DNA of 64,000 nucleotides from Candidatus Firestoneibacteriota bacterium (GCA_026388015.1 JAPLKO010000053.1:7352-71351), one strand, 5' to 3'; counted from the first letter of the stretch, positions 9,740-19,899 are shown. The notes: generated from the letters alone by a model not told the origin. Program-made: numbers and translations.

Positions 9740-10331
9740 AAATATCGTAATAGGTGTTACCGGCGGGGTGGCTACCGGAAAAAGTACGGTAGTACAGCTC
9801 CTAAGAAAAGATTTCAAATACTTGACAAGCGCCGATGAGAAAGCCCATCAGATAGTGAAACCGGGTAAACCGGCATATAAAAAAATAGTAAAAGCATTCG
9901 GCCGGGAAATTCTTGCCAAAGACGGCACCCTGGACAGAAAGCTTCTGGCAAAATGTATCTTTGCCTCTCCTGCAAAAAGAAAACGCCTTCAAAATATTAC
10001 GCATCCCGAAATCATTTCAGAGATGAAGAGGGATATAGCGAGATTTAAAAAGAGATCCACAATCGTTCTTTTTGAAGCGCCGCTTCTTTTTGAGGCCAAA
10101 ATGGAAAAGCTTGCGGATATAATTATAGTAGTTGCCTCCTCTGTAAAAAACCAGCTGAAAAGATTCGCAAAAAAAGGCCATACAAAAGCGGACACGTTAA
10201 GAAGAATAAAAAGCCAGATACCTTTAAAGACAAAGATAAAAAAAGCGGATATGGTGATTTATAATGACGGAAGCTTAAAAGAGCTGAAAAACTCCGTTAA
10301 GAACCTTGCGGTTATCTTAAAAGAACTTTAG
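9702..10331 (+). CDS. coaE: Dephospho-CoA kinase. The start could be the TTG at 9726; the ATG at 9702 overlaps the polA 3' end.
   Basis: P-loop GVTGGVATGKSTV. polA-coaE is a conserved gene pair. Confidence 0.9.
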   Translation: MLTRGITGLSANKNIVIGVTGGVATGKSTVVQLLRKDFKYLTSADEKAHQIVKPGKPAYKKIVKAFGREILAKDGTLDRKLLAKCIFASPAKRKRLQNITHPEIISEMKRDIARFKKRSTIVLFEAPLLFEAKMEKLADIIIVVASSVKNQLKRFAKKGHTKADTLRRIKSQIPLKTKIKKADMVIYNDGSLKELKNSVKNLAVILKEL

Positions 10332-10342
10332 AAGGAATAAAC

Positions 10343-10696
10343 ATGCCTGAACATTTTCAAACAGAAAGAAGCGCTTTAATAATTAAGCCTTTAGCCCCGT
10401 ACTGGGAGTGGGCAAACTCCATAGAAGACGGTATTCCGCCGGAACAAAAAGGTTTTAACGGTACGGAAAAAGACCATACTGTTTATCTTATCCCGGTTTC
10501 CTCGCCCGAGATGATGGAGAAACACGTAAAAGAACTCTTTCCCAAAATATTTGAAGAGGAATTAAAAGCCTGGTGGACCAACGAAAACGACTGGCCAAAA
10601 AACCGCACCTATAAGATGTTTAAAAAATGGTTTGAAGTAAGTTTCGCGCACGCGGTGTATGATAAGGTAGAACAGTCCGCAGAAATAAAGAATTAA
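10343..10696 (+). CDS. Hypothetical protein (117 aa)
   Basis: Intact ORF preceded by an RBS. No family recognised. Confidence 0.4.
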   Translation: MPEHFQTERSALIIKPLAPYWEWANSIEDGIPPEQKGFNGTEKDHTVYLIPVSSPEMMEKHVKELFPKIFEEELKAWWTNENDWPKNRTYKMFKKWFEVSFAHAVYDKVEQSAEIKN

Positions 10697-10713
10697 TAAT
10701 TTCAATTATTTTT

Positions 10714-11316
10714 CTACAGTACTCCCAGTTTTGCAAGTTCCCGGCGAAGTTGCTTAATATTCTTGTACTTTATTGCTTTTAGACCGACCAGTTCCGCGGC
10801 GTCTACAAACTCTTGAATATCATCAATGTAAACGCATTCTTCCGGCTTGTACCCGGTTAATTTGACAGCTTTTAAATAGATTCCAGGGTGTGGTTTCATA
10901 ATACCTTCCTTATAAGAAAGGACCCCGGTCTCAAAGACTGTTTTTAAAGGCATTTTCTTTAAGACGGTTTCAAAATGTATGATGTTTGTATTTGAGAGAA
11001 AAACAAATTTGTATTTTTTCTTTAGCTTTACATAAAGATTAAAGACCGGAGCAATCAGAGTAAAAATATCCGCAAAGATATCCTTAAAATCCTTATAAGA
11101 GAGCGTAAGTTCAAATCGTTCTTTAACCAGCCTGTAAAACTCCTTTGGCGCAAGCTCTCCGCGGTCAAGACTTATATCAGTTTTATTTCTATAGATGAAA
11201 TTATATACATCCTCAGGCGCGCATTTTGCAAGCTTTGCAAGCCTTCTGCAGGAGATACTATGGTCAAAATTCACAAAAACCCTGCCCAGGTCAGAAATAA
11301 TAGCTTTTATAATCAT
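10714..11316 (-). CDS. HAD-superfamily hydrolase. The ORF extends to 11352; the start is more likely the Met at 11316.
   Basis: HAD motif I-like IISDLGRV, motif II FLSNTN and motif IV YIDD. Confidence 0.7.
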   Translation of the reverse strand: MIIKAIISDLGRVFVNFDHSISCRRLAKLAKCAPEDVYNFIYRNKTDISLDRGELAPKEFYRLVKERFELTLSYKDFKDIFADIFTLIAPVFNLYVKLKKKYKFVFLSNTNIIHFETVLKKMPLKTVFETGVLSYKEGIMKPHPGIYLKAVKLTGYKPEECVYIDDIQEFVDAAELVGLKAIKYKNIKQLRRELAKLGVL

Positions 11317-11602
11317 GTAAAACAGAATACCACGAACAAAAATATTTATCAAGAAATCTCTTCCACCGCAGGATTTAGAATTGGAGATATAAAAACCCGA
11401 TATTGTACATACCCGGCACTTTTGATGCTATCCTCTAAGCGGCAGAAGTTTATGTCAGAAATTGTGAAAAAGGTAGGACCTTAAATACCGGAGACTCTTA
11501 CTTTTGCCTGCCGCAGAGAAAAGATATAGTGGCATAATTAATATCCTTCTTGTATAATTGATAAGCGACACTGCATATAAATAAAGGGCATCGGATATTA
11601 TA

Positions 11603-12022
11603 ATGAGTGATTTTGGAGTGAGCATAGAAAAAAGAAACGCTCTGGAAGCCCGGATGAGAAAGTACGGTATTAAAGAGGGCGAATTTATTGAGAAGTTTCT
11701 TCGCTCCGGCGGCCCAGGCGGGCAGAATGTAAATAAGGTAGAAACCTGTGTTTACTTGAAACATCTGCCGACGGGTACAGAAGTAAAATGCCAAAAAGAA
11801 AGGTCGCAGGCAAAGAACAGGTATTTTGCAAGGAAGATTCTTGTAAATAAGATTGAAGCAAAACTACTGGGTAAACTTTCAGCGGAATCAAAACTGGCGT
11901 ATAAAATAAAAAAACAAAAAAAGAGAAGAAACAGAAGGGCCAAAGAGAATGTGTTGCGGGAAAAACGGATTAACTCCGGCAGAAAAACATTAAGAGCAAA
12001 AAACATAAATTTATCCGAATAA
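11603..12022 (+). CDS. arfB: Peptidyl-tRNA hydrolase ArfB (alternative ribosome-rescue factor, RF-1 domain protein)
   Basis: [16 protein letters not shown] motif plus a basic C-terminal tail ([12 protein letters not shown]). Length is 139 aa. Confidence 0.8.
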   Translation: MSDFGVSIEKRNALEARMRKYGIKEGEFIEKFLRSGGPGGQNVNKVETCVYLKHLPTGTEVKCQKERSQAKNRYFARKILVNKIEAKLLGKLSAESKLAYKIKKQKKRRNRRAKENVLREKRINSGRKTLRAKNINLSE

Positions 12023-12114
12023 ATTATCAACTCGATATTAAGGAAGCAGAAAATAATTATACAGAACAAATACTGTTAACAAAATTATGAAAGAAGGATA
12101 AGCAAATAAGTAAC

Positions 12115-12672
12115 TTGGAAAAAAAACCTATACACATAGAAAACACGGTGTTCGTAGTTATCGACTTTGAGACCACAGGCCTAAGTGTAAAATACGGTGA
12201 TGATATCTGTGAAGTAGCGGCAGTCAGGCTCTTAAACGGAGAGATTACAGACAAATACAGTAAGCTTGTTAACCCCGGTTGTCCCATATCTCCGGGTGCT
12301 TCTGCTGTAAATAATATAACAGATGATATGGTAAAAAGCGCCCCCAGGTTTAAGGAAATATGCGAGGAGTTCCTAAGTTTTATTGGAACCGGGGTTATTG
12401 TGGGTCATCACTTGCCTTTTGATATGAGCTTTTTGAATGCAAAATTGAGTCAGCTTAGAAAGCCGCTGTTAGAAAACGACACTCTGGACACCTTGCGTCT
12501 TGCCAGAAAGACATGGCCCCACCTGCCTTCTTTTAAACTTCCGGACTTAAGACGCCAATTTTCCATAGAAATAAAAGACGAACACAGAGCTCTCGGAGAT
12601 GTAGTTGCTACAGCAGCGCTGCTTTGTAAAATACTTGAAAATTATAAGGAAAAAGGAAAGAAAGAAATATAG
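12115..12672 (+). CDS. DnaQ-like 3'-5' exonuclease (DNA polymerase III epsilon family)
   Basis: Exo I motif VVIDFETTGL and Exo III motif HRALGD. Confidence 0.8.
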   Translation: MEKKPIHIENTVFVVIDFETTGLSVKYGDDICEVAAVRLLNGEITDKYSKLVNPGCPISPGASAVNNITDDMVKSAPRFKEICEEFLSFIGTGVIVGHHLPFDMSFLNAKLSQLRKPLLENDTLDTLRLARKTWPHLPSFKLPDLRRQFSIEIKDEHRALGDVVATAALLCKILENYKEKGKKEI

Positions 12673-12796
12673 AATTTACATTCCCGGCAGGCAGTGCGGC
12701 GCTTTATTTGAAGAGTAATTTCTTCTTTGCGGAGTCTCGAGCTGAGAGCAAGCGCTCCGTGATGCAGCCAAAAAAATCCGAACCCAAAGCGTATTT

Positions 12797-14182
12797 CTAT
12801 CGTAATGTCAGTTTTTTTCCGAAAGTCAGATACTCGACAACTCTTTTTTTTGTTCCCGCTTCCGCATAAACTCTGAGTATGGGTTCCGTGCCTGAAGGAC
12901 GCAGAACCAGCCAGGATAGATCTTCCATCGTATATTTTGCACCGTCTTCACGACTGATACTCTTTACTTTTTTACCAAGAATGGTGGTCGGGTTAAACTT
13001 TTCTATGGTATTGAAAATATAATTCTTTTGTTCCGAGGGATACTTAATATCAAGTCTGTCATAGCAGAAGCTGCCATATTTATTTTCCAGATCTTTTAAT
13101 AATTCACTCGGTTTCTTTGCTGTCTCGGCGATCATCTCGAGGAGCATCAAGCCAAGGAGAATGCCGTCTCGTTCCGGCAAGTAGCCCTTTACGCCGATGC
13201 CGCCGCTTTCTTCCGCACCTATAAGGATATCTTCTTTTAGCATCAGGTCGGCGATATTTTTAAAACCGATAGGCGTGTAAAACCTTCTCAGGCCGTTTCT
13301 CCTGGCAATAACTTCGGCCGCTGAAGTTGTTGCGGTCGTTATGACTACTCCGCCCCGCAAGCCTTTACTTTTAAGAAGATATTCCATAAGCAGAGGCATT
13401 ATATGCTGGGTAGAATAAAATATACCTTTATCATCAATTATTGCAAATCTGTCTCCGTCGCCGTCCGTGACCAGACCGATGGCGGCTTTTTCTTTTTTTA
13501 CCGCGTCTTTTGCGTCTTTCAGTAAAAAATCAAGAGGTTCGGGTTTTATTCCGCCAAACATAGCATCCCGAAAGTGATGGAGAGGAAATAGTTTGAGTCT
13601 TGAATGCTTTAAGACTTCAAGCAGAAGACCCTGGGACGAACCATACATAGGCTCGATAATGACTTTGAAGCTGCTCTTGTTTATCTTCTTCATATCGACG
13701 AAGGTTTTAATAAAAGAAAGATAGGGGGTCGTTAAATCAGACGTTTTGTGCGCCTTTAAGCCTTCTTTAACTTTATTTTTAAAGAGGAAAGCCTCTACGC
13801 CATTAGTCTCTTCCTTTGTAGCGGAAGCCCCATTTGCCGTCTTTATTTTGAAACCACTGTATTCGTAAGGGTTATGAGAGGAGGTAATCATTATCCCAAA
13901 AAAAGCTTTTTTACTTACAACACCATACGAAACCGTCGGCGTCGTAACCGCAGCAGAGGAAAGAATAACTTGAAAACCATTTGAGGCTAGTATATCAGCC
14001 GTTATTGCCGCATATTTTTCTGAGAAAAAACGCAGGTCGTACCCTACGATAGCTTTTCTGTTTTTACCGCACACGGTCTTAAAGTAATCCGCAGTTGCTT
14101 GTGCGACGGCTCTTAAATTTACAAAGGTAAAATCCTTTGCTATTATTCCCCGCCAGCCGTCCGTACCGAATTTTATCTCCAT
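12797..14182 (-). CDS. Alpha-D-phosphohexomutase (phosphoglucomutase/phosphomannomutase family)
   Basis: Active-site serine loop GIMITSSHNPYEYSG. Metal-binding loop DGDGDR. Confidence 0.85.
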   Translation of the reverse strand: MEIKFGTDGWRGIIAKDFTFVNLRAVAQATADYFKTVCGKNRKAIVGYDLRFFSEKYAAITADILASNGFQVILSSAAVTTPTVSYGVVSKKAFFGIMITSSHNPYEYSGFKIKTANGASATKEETNGVEAFLFKNKVKEGLKAHKTSDLTTPYLSFIKTFVDMKKINKSSFKVIIEPMYGSSQGLLLEVLKHSRLKLFPLHHFRDAMFGGIKPEPLDFLLKDAKDAVKKEKAAIGLVTDGDGDRFAIIDDKGIFYSTQHIMPLLMEYLLKSKGLRGGVVITTATTSAAEVIARRNGLRRFYTPIGFKNIADLMLKEDILIGAEESGGIGVKGYLPERDGILLGLMLLEMIAETAKKPSELLKDLENKYGSFCYDRLDIKYPSEQKNYIFNTIEKFNPTTILGKKVKSISREDGAKYTMEDLSWLVLRPSGTEPILRVYAEAGTKKRVVEYLTFGKKLTLR

Positions 14183-14293
14183 AAAAAGCTCCCTGTAGGG
14201 CTAAGACTTCTTTGGCTAATTAAGATAATTTTAACATAAAGACTCCTGCATCTCAATTAGTTTTTCATAGATAATTATGGTAAAATAGGTCTT

Positions 14294-14881
14294 ATGGAAA
14301 AAACAATTGTTCTTGCCTCAACCTCCCCGAGAAGAAAAGAACTGCTAAAAAGAATGGGGTTAAGGTTTAAAGTTAGACCTGCAAATATTGAAGAAAATCC
14401 CGGCAGAACATTTTTGCGAAAAGCTCTTATGCGAGTTGCTCTGGAAAAAGCGGCAGCGGTAGCAAAACAGCAAAAGAAAGGTTTAATAATATCCGCGGAT
14501 ACGGTTGTTGTGTTTAAAGGGATTGTATACGGAAAGCCGGGAACTGTAAAGAAAGCAGTGAAAATGCTTTCAACTCTGAGCGGTGTTACGCAGAGCGTCT
14601 GGACTGCGGTTGCCATAATTGATAAATATTCGGAAAAAACAATGATTCGAACTGCTGTCTCTAAAATAAAAATGAAACATCTGTCAGAAACTGAAATACA
14701 ATATCTTTCCCGGAAAAATCTTGATAAGGCAGGCGGCTACGGAATACAGGAGGATGATAAGTTTCTCACTGTTTTAAACGGTTCGCGAACAAACATTGTA
14801 GGTTTACCGACAGAGTTATTATCCAAAATGCTGAAAAGTTTTGGCATATCTGCAAATGGAATTACAAAGTATAGATTTTAA
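14294..14881 (+). CDS. maf: Maf-like nucleoside triphosphate pyrophosphatase (septum formation protein)
   Basis: N-terminal LASTSPRRKELL signature. Length is 195 aa. Confidence 0.9.
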   Translation: MEKTIVLASTSPRRKELLKRMGLRFKVRPANIEENPGRTFLRKALMRVALEKAAAVAKQQKKGLIISADTVVVFKGIVYGKPGTVKKAVKMLSTLSGVTQSVWTAVAIIDKYSEKTMIRTAVSKIKMKHLSETEIQYLSRKNLDKAGGYGIQEDDKFLTVLNGSRTNIVGLPTELLSKMLKSFGISANGITKYRF

Positions 14882-15032
14882 AATTTTAAATCTATTCTCT
14901 CTTGTTGCTTGTCTGTGCCGTCCTTCTCCGTAAATAGCAGTAATTATTTAATAATCTTGAAATACTTATATTCCCAAGTTTTTGTAAGCCGTAACGCTAA
15001 AGAGTTCACCGGAAAAACCTGAAGAATCAAAT

Positions 15033-15056
15033 GTTGCAAGAATTGTTGCAAGAATT
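15033..15056. repeat. Perfect tandem duplication of the 12-mer GTTGCAAGAATT (2 copies)
   Basis: Read directly, immediately upstream of the tRNA-fMet promoter. Confidence 0.8.
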
Positions 15057-15059
15057 GTA

Positions 15060-15088
15060 TTGAAAACAGCCACTATAACTTGTATAAT
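15060..15088 (+). promoter_or_regulatory. Sigma70 promoter: TTGAAA, 17-nt spacer, TATAAT
   Basis: Near-consensus hexamers read directly. The tRNA 5' end lies about 29 nt downstream of the -10. Confidence 0.6.
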
Positions 15089-15116
15089 GTTACACCGTTG
15101 TTAAATATCATAAAAT

Positions 15117-15192
15117 CGCGGGGTGGAGCAGCTGGAAGCTCGTCGGGCTCATAACCCGAAGGTCGACCGTTCGAATCGGTCCCCCGCAACCA
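15117..15192 (+). tRNA. metZ: Initiator tRNA-fMet (anticodon CAT)
   Basis: Near-identical to the E. coli tRNAfMet I remember: CGCGGGG...GGGCTCATAACCC...GGTTCGAATC...CCCCGCAACCA. Has the C1:A72 mismatch, three G-C pairs in the anticodon stem and a CCA 3' end. Confidence 0.92.
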
Positions 15193-15202
15193 GATACTTC
15201 AA

Positions 15203-15240
15203 AAGGCATTGAAAATGCATTCCAATGCCTTTCTTTTTTT
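15203..15240 (+). terminator. Rho-independent terminator. Stem AAGGCATTG/CAATGCCTT followed by TCTTTTTTT.
   Basis: Perfect 9-bp stem and U-run read directly after the tRNA. Confidence 0.8.
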
Positions 15241-15309
15241 GAAAAGCCAAAATCCTCTGTTTTTTATGGGCTTTGCTTTTACCGTTAAATTATATTACAA
15301 TAGTAAGCA

Positions 15310-17154
15310 ATGAAAATAGATAGATATAAAAGATTGCCAGAGCTTGACCCTTTCAAACTTTCAAGAGAAAAATATACGCTTCTGTTTGAAACAGGTTACG
15401 CTGATAAAGCCAACAGAAAAAGTTATTTGTTCTCAAGACCGCATTATGTTATAAGGGCCTATGACCATACCGGACTGATAAGAGCCTTTCGAAAAATAGA
15501 GGAATACTCCAAAAAGTATTATCTTGCGGGTTATCTTGCTTACGAAGCCGGCTATTATTTTGAAGAAGATATATTTTTGCCTGAAAAAACAAGTAAAACC
15601 CCCCTGTTGGAGTTCTTTGTGTACAAAAAAGCCGCCTATTTTGATCATATTTCCGGAAAAAGCAAAAACTTGCGGCAGTTTCTTTTAACCAAAAGTAAAA
15701 AAATTGAAAATGTCTGTTCTGTAGAAAAACCGCAGATCGGCATAAATTACGGTTCCTACAAAAAGCAAATAAACCGGATCAAGAATTATATTAGAAAAGG
15801 CGATACCTATCAGGTGAATTTTACGGACAAAATACATTTCAAGTTTAAAGGAAACAGTTATGACCTATATAATGAACTCAAAAATAAGCAGAGAGTCTCT
15901 TACGGGGCATACCTAAATCTTGACCAAAGCAAAATACTGTCACTTTCTCCCGAGCTTTATTTTAGTCTGAAAGACGGTGTTTTGACAGCGAAACCTATGA
16001 AGGGTACGATTGACCGGGGAAAAGATATTTTTGAAGACAGGAAAAGAATTAGAGAGCTAAAATACAGCATCAAAAACCGGGCCGAGAATATAATGATTGT
16101 TGATATGATAAGGAACGATCTGGGTAGAATCTGCATCAATGGCTCGGTAAAAACCTCAAAAATATTTGAAGTTGAAAAATATAATACGCTCTTTCAGCTT
16201 GTAACTACGGTGTGCGGCAAACTTTTTCCGGGTACATCTTATTACGATATATTTAAGAGTATTTTTCCCGGAGGTTCTATAACGGGCGCTCCAAAGATCA
16301 GAACTATGGAAATAATACGTATGCTTGAAAAGAATAAAAGACGGATATATTGCGGGGCGCTTGGCATAATTTTCCCCGGGAAGAAGAGGGCTGTATTTAA
16401 TATTCCCATAAGAACGGTCCAAATAGAGCGCAGCTGCGGAGAAATGGGCATAGGCGGGGGCATTGTTTGGGATTCTTCACCGAAAAGCGAATATCAGGAA
16501 GCTCTTTTAAAGTCAAAATTTCTAACGGTAAAGCCGGCAGAGTTTTGTTTGCTCGAAACCATACTTTGGAAAAATAAATACTTCTTACTTGCCGGACACT
16601 TATCAAGACTCAAAGCTTCGGCCGAATATTTTTCTTTTCCATTGGCGCTTGATAAAATAAAGAAAAAACTTAAGGAAAAAGAAAATAGGTTTGAGAAACA
16701 TCTTGCTTACAAAATACGTCTGTTTGTTTCAAAAACCGGAGCAGTTAATCTCGAGGCGGCTGTAATACAAAAGGAAAATACCGCAAAAAAAATACTGATA
16801 TCCTCGATACGCGTAAACAGCAAGGACCCGTATTTATACCATAAAACAACAAAAAGATCGTTATATGATACAGAGAGAGGGCGATATGTCAAAGGAGACA
16901 TACTGGATGTTTTGTTCCTAAACGAAAACAAAGAAATAACAGAAGGCGCAATATCAAACATATTTATTGCAAAGAATGGACGATCTTATACCCCGCCGGT
17001 ATCTTCCGGACTTCTTCCGGGTGTTTACAGGTCTTATTATATAAAGAAGACAGCTGCCCTGGAAAAACCGCTGTTTCTAGATGATCTCAAAACGGCTGAT
17101 AAAATAATATTAACTAATTCGGTCAGGGGCGCAAGTCTAGTGACTCTCGTCTGA
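15310..17154 (+). CDS. pabBC: Aminodeoxychorismate synthase component I fused to aminodeoxychorismate lyase (PabB-PabC fusion)
   Basis: N-terminal half is a chorismate-binding enzyme (GDTYQVNFT, PELYF, GAPK). C-terminal half has the class IV aminotransferase/ADC-lyase fold. Length is 614 aa. Confidence 0.8.
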   Translation: MKIDRYKRLPELDPFKLSREKYTLLFETGYADKANRKSYLFSRPHYVIRAYDHTGLIRAFRKIEEYSKKYYLAGYLAYEAGYYFEEDIFLPEKTSKTPLLEFFVYKKAAYFDHISGKSKNLRQFLLTKSKKIENVCSVEKPQIGINYGSYKKQINRIKNYIRKGDTYQVNFTDKIHFKFKGNSYDLYNELKNKQRVSYGAYLNLDQSKILSLSPELYFSLKDGVLTAKPMKGTIDRGKDIFEDRKRIRELKYSIKNRAENIMIVDMIRNDLGRICINGSVKTSKIFEVEKYNTLFQLVTTVCGKLFPGTSYYDIFKSIFPGGSITGAPKIRTMEIIRMLEKNKRRIYCGALGIIFPGKKRAVFNIPIRTVQIERSCGEMGIGGGIVWDSSPKSEYQEALLKSKFLTVKPAEFCLLETILWKNKYFLLAGHLSRLKASAEYFSFPLALDKIKKKLKEKENRFEKHLAYKIRLFVSKTGAVNLEAAVIQKENTAKKILISSIRVNSKDPYLYHKTTKRSLYDTERGRYVKGDILDVLFLNENKEITEGAISNIFIAKNGRSYTPPVSSGLLPGVYRSYYIKKTAALEKPLFLDDLKTADKIILTNSVRGASLVTLV

Positions 17155-17164
17155 GCGCTCATAA

Positions 17165-17180
17165 TGTGAAGATAATCACA
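17165..17180 (+). promoter_or_regulatory. Rex operator 1: TGTGA-AGATAA-TCACA, a perfect palindrome
   Basis: Matches the Rex consensus TTGTGAnnnnnnTCACAA. It lies about 130 nt upstream of the hndA-like gene. Confidence 0.7.
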
Positions 17181-17246
17181 ATATAGCTCTTGTTTTACGC
17201 ATGTATCTGCTATTGCAGTAAACATTTAGTCATAAACAGATTTATA

Positions 17247-17275
17247 TTGACATTAATATAGCAATTTATTATAAT
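17247..17275 (+). promoter_or_regulatory. Consensus sigma70 promoter: TTGACA, 17-nt spacer, TATAAT
   Basis: Perfect hexamers and spacing read directly. The -10 abuts and overlaps Rex operator 2. Confidence 0.75.
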
Positions 17276-17292
17276 TGTGACATAAATCACAA
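17275..17292 (+). promoter_or_regulatory. Rex operator 2: TTGTGA-CATAAA-TCACAA, perfect 18-bp consensus
   Basis: Exact match to the Rex box consensus. It overlaps the -10/+1 region, a classic repressor position. It shares the 13-mer AATCACAATATAG with operator 1. Confidence 0.8.
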
Positions 17293-17308
17293 TATAGAGG
17301 GAGAATTT

Positions 17309-17788
17309 ATGGTAAAAAAAGATAAGCTGCAGGCAGATTTGGAAGGGCTTGTCAAAAAGTGGAAGGACAAGAAAGGCAACCTGATAATGATTCTTCATAG
17401 CATTGAAAACATTTACGGGTATGTTCCTAGGGATACGTCCATAAAATTGTCCAGACTTCTTGATGTGCCTTTGGCAAGAATCTATGAAGTGATTACTTTT
17501 TATAATTATTTTAAGTTAGAGCCTCCCGCAAAACACAATGTTGCCGTTTGTATGGGGACCGCATGCTACCTGAAAAATGCAGCATCGCTAATAGAGGAAA
17601 TCGAAAAGATCCTTCACATTAAAGAAGGTCAAAGCACTAAGGATGGGATGTTTCATCTGGATGTTGTGAGATGCCTTGGCTGCTGCGGCTTGGCTCCCGT
17701 AATGATGATAGACGAAAAAGTCTACGGAAAGGTTAAGAAGAGCGAGATTGTGGATATTTTATCCAAGTACGTGAAGGAAGAGGAATAG
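17309..17788 (+). CDS. hndA: [FeFe]-hydrogenase diaphorase subunit, NuoE-like [2Fe-2S] protein (HndA/HydC-like)
   Basis: CMGTACYLKN...VRCLGCCGLAPV thioredoxin-like [2Fe-2S] motif. Confidence 0.85.
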   Translation: MVKKDKLQADLEGLVKKWKDKKGNLIMILHSIENIYGYVPRDTSIKLSRLLDVPLARIYEVITFYNYFKLEPPAKHNVAVCMGTACYLKNAASLIEEIEKILHIKEGQSTKDGMFHLDVVRCLGCCGLAPVMMIDEKVYGKVKKSEIVDILSKYVKEEE

Positions 17789-17791
17789 TAT

Positions 17792-18136
17792 ATGAAAAAA
17801 ATTACAAAAGAAGATATAGAAAAAGTAGATCCCTCAAAAAAAGATCTGGGTAAAAACTGGATTAAGGTCGGAATGAGTACGTGTGGAGTTGCCGCCGGTG
17901 CAGATGAAGTCTATGCGGCCTTAATTGATGAAGCAAAAAAAAGAAATATTGAGATAGATATTAGAAAATGCGGCTGTCAGGGCGCCTGCTCGGTGGAGCC
18001 GCTGGTGGAAGTGAACGTGGAAGGTCTGCCCAAAGTTCTCTACGGTAGAGTTACCAAAGACGTTGCCGTCACCATTCTTGAGCGCCATGTGAGGAATAAG
18101 AAACTGCTACATGATTATATTTTCGAAATTAATTAG
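17792..18136 (+). CDS. hndB: Small thioredoxin-like [2Fe-2S] ferredoxin subunit (HndB-like)
   Basis: GMSTCGVAAGADEV...CGCQGACSVEP pattern. Length is 114 aa. Confidence 0.75.
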   Translation: MKKITKEDIEKVDPSKKDLGKNWIKVGMSTCGVAAGADEVYAALIDEAKKRNIEIDIRKCGCQGACSVEPLVEVNVEGLPKVLYGRVTKDVAVTILERHVRNKKLLHDYIFEIN

Positions 18137-18151
18137 AAAAGGACGAGAGCT

Positions 18152-19894
18152 ATGGAAAAGAAAATAATATATATAAGAGATACGGACTCCGCCCAGAAGG
18201 AACGCATTAATGACTACTTTACACTCTTCTCAAATGAACTGAGAGACGCAAATCTTCTGGAGCAGGTCCAGCTTGTGAAAGTAGCAGATATCGGCTTGTA
18301 TGAAAAAGGCGTTGCGGTTAAGATTATACCGGAAAACATTGTTTATAGCGGAATAAAAACCACTGATGTTAAAGAAATAGTGGAAGAAACAATTAGGGGT
18401 GGCAAAATAATCAAGGATTTGCTTTGCGGAAAAAAATCAAAACAACTGAGAGCGGTTCTTAAAAACTGCGGGTATATAGACCCGGAAAGCCTGGAAGATT
18501 ATATTGCTGCAGGCGGCTACAAGGCTCTGGTTAAAGTTCTTACGGAGATGAAGCCGGAAGCAGTGGTGGAAGAGCTTAAAAAAAGCGGACTTCGCGGCAG
18601 AGGCGGCGCCGGCTACCCCACCTGGATGAAATGGAATTTTGCCCGGGGAATGAATTCTCCGGAAAAATATGTTATCTGCAACGGCGACGAAGGAGATCCC
18701 GGCGCGTATATGGACAGGAGCGTACTTGAAGGAGATCCTCATTCCGTTTTGGAAGGTATGATAATAGCCGGCTACACCATCGGTTCTACAAAAGGGTACT
18801 TCTATATTAGAGCAGAGTATCCTCTTGCCGTGGAAAGGGTTCAGAAAGCGATAGATCAGGCGACTTCTGCAGGACTTCTGGGCAATAATATTCTGGGGAG
18901 TAACTTTAATTTTGAGCTCGAGATAAGACTGGGAGCGGGCGCCTTTGTCTGCGGTGAAGAAACATCTCTGATTGCTTCAATAGAAGGTAAGCGGGGGACT
19001 CCGCATCCCAGGCCGCCCTATCCTTCGGTTAAGGGTCTTTGGGGAAAACCAACAATCATTAATAATGTAGAGACCCTGGCTAATATACCATTGTTAATTG
19101 CCGGCGGCGGAACAAAATTTGCCTCAGTCGGAACAGAAAAAAGTAAGGGCACAAAAGTATTTGCGCTTACGGGAAAAGTAAAAAACTCGGGTTTGGTTGA
19201 AGTTCCCATGGGTATAACTCTACGTGAGATTGTTTATGACATCGGGGGCGGAATAATTAATAATCGCGACATTAAGGCGATTCAGACCGGCGGTCCCTCC
19301 GGCGGGGTCATTCCTCAGGAGTTTCTGGATACTCCAGTAGACTACGAAAACCTCGGCAAACTCGGCTCCATCATGGGCTCCGGCGGCATGATAGCAATAG
19401 ATGATACCGATTGCTTGGTAGATCTGGCAAAGTTCTATCTTGAATTTTGCGTTGACGAATCCTGCGGTAAGTGCGCGCCCTGCCGTCTCGGAGGCTACCA
19501 GCTTCTTCAAATACTTAAAAAAATATCCGGCGGTAACGGAGAACTTGAAGACTTAAACAGGCTAAAGAAAATTTCCTACGCTATGCAAAAAGCTTCGCTT
19601 TGCGGTTTGGGTCAATCAGCTTCCAATCCGGTATTCTCAACAATAAGATACTTTGAGGAAGAATACAAAAGGCACATTGTTGATAAAAAATGCCCGGCCG
19701 GAAAGTGTAAAGCGCTTATTAGTTTTAAGGTAATTTCTGAAAAGTGCAAGAAGTGCGGGCTTTGTATGAAAAACTGTCCGGCAAATGCTATTACGGGAAG
19801 CCGCGAAGCCGGCTATATTGTTGATTCGCAAAAATGTATCAAATGCGGTGTTTGTTTTGATGTCTGCAAGTTTAAAGCCGTGATGAAGGAGTAG
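18152..19894 (+). CDS. hndC: NuoF-like NAD(P)H-binding FMN/[4Fe-4S] subunit with a C-terminal 2x[4Fe-4S] ferredoxin domain (HndC/HydB-like)
   Basis: [12 protein letters not shown] (FMN/NADH site), a CGKCAPC cluster motif, and C-terminal [12 protein letters not shown]...[11 protein letters not shown]. Confidence 0.9.
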   Translation: MEKKIIYIRDTDSAQKERINDYFTLFSNELRDANLLEQVQLVKVADIGLYEKGVAVKIIPENIVYSGIKTTDVKEIVEETIRGGKIIKDLLCGKKSKQLRAVLKNCGYIDPESLEDYIAAGGYKALVKVLTEMKPEAVVEELKKSGLRGRGGAGYPTWMKWNFARGMNSPEKYVICNGDEGDPGAYMDRSVLEGDPHSVLEGMIIAGYTIGSTKGYFYIRAEYPLAVERVQKAIDQATSAGLLGNNILGSNFNFELEIRLGAGAFVCGEETSLIASIEGKRGTPHPRPPYPSVKGLWGKPTIINNVETLANIPLLIAGGGTKFASVGTEKSKGTKVFALTGKVKNSGLVEVPMGITLREIVYDIGGGIINNRDIKAIQTGGPSGGVIPQEFLDTPVDYENLGKLGSIMGSGGMIAIDDTDCLVDLAKFYLEFCVDESCGKCAPCRLGGYQLLQILKKISGGNGELEDLNRLKKISYAMQKASLCGLGQSASNPVFSTIRYFEEEYKRHIVDKKCPAGKCKALISFKVISEKCKKCGLCMKNCPANAITGSREAGYIVDSQKCIKCGVCFDVCKFKAVMKE

Positions 19895-19899
19895 GATAA

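Noticed and set aside
9104-9817. 237-aa minus-strand ORF inside polA
   Set aside because: It is entirely antisense to a well-supported essential gene. Composition is low-complexity (F/K/L-rich), and it has no RBS and no recognisable domain. Spurious.
12673-12796. Bidirectional terminator between the convergent exonuclease and phosphohexomutase genes
   Set aside because: Only short imperfect stems (CGGAG...CTCCG, ACAGACCA-like) were found, with no flanking U/A runs. Not confident enough to annotate.
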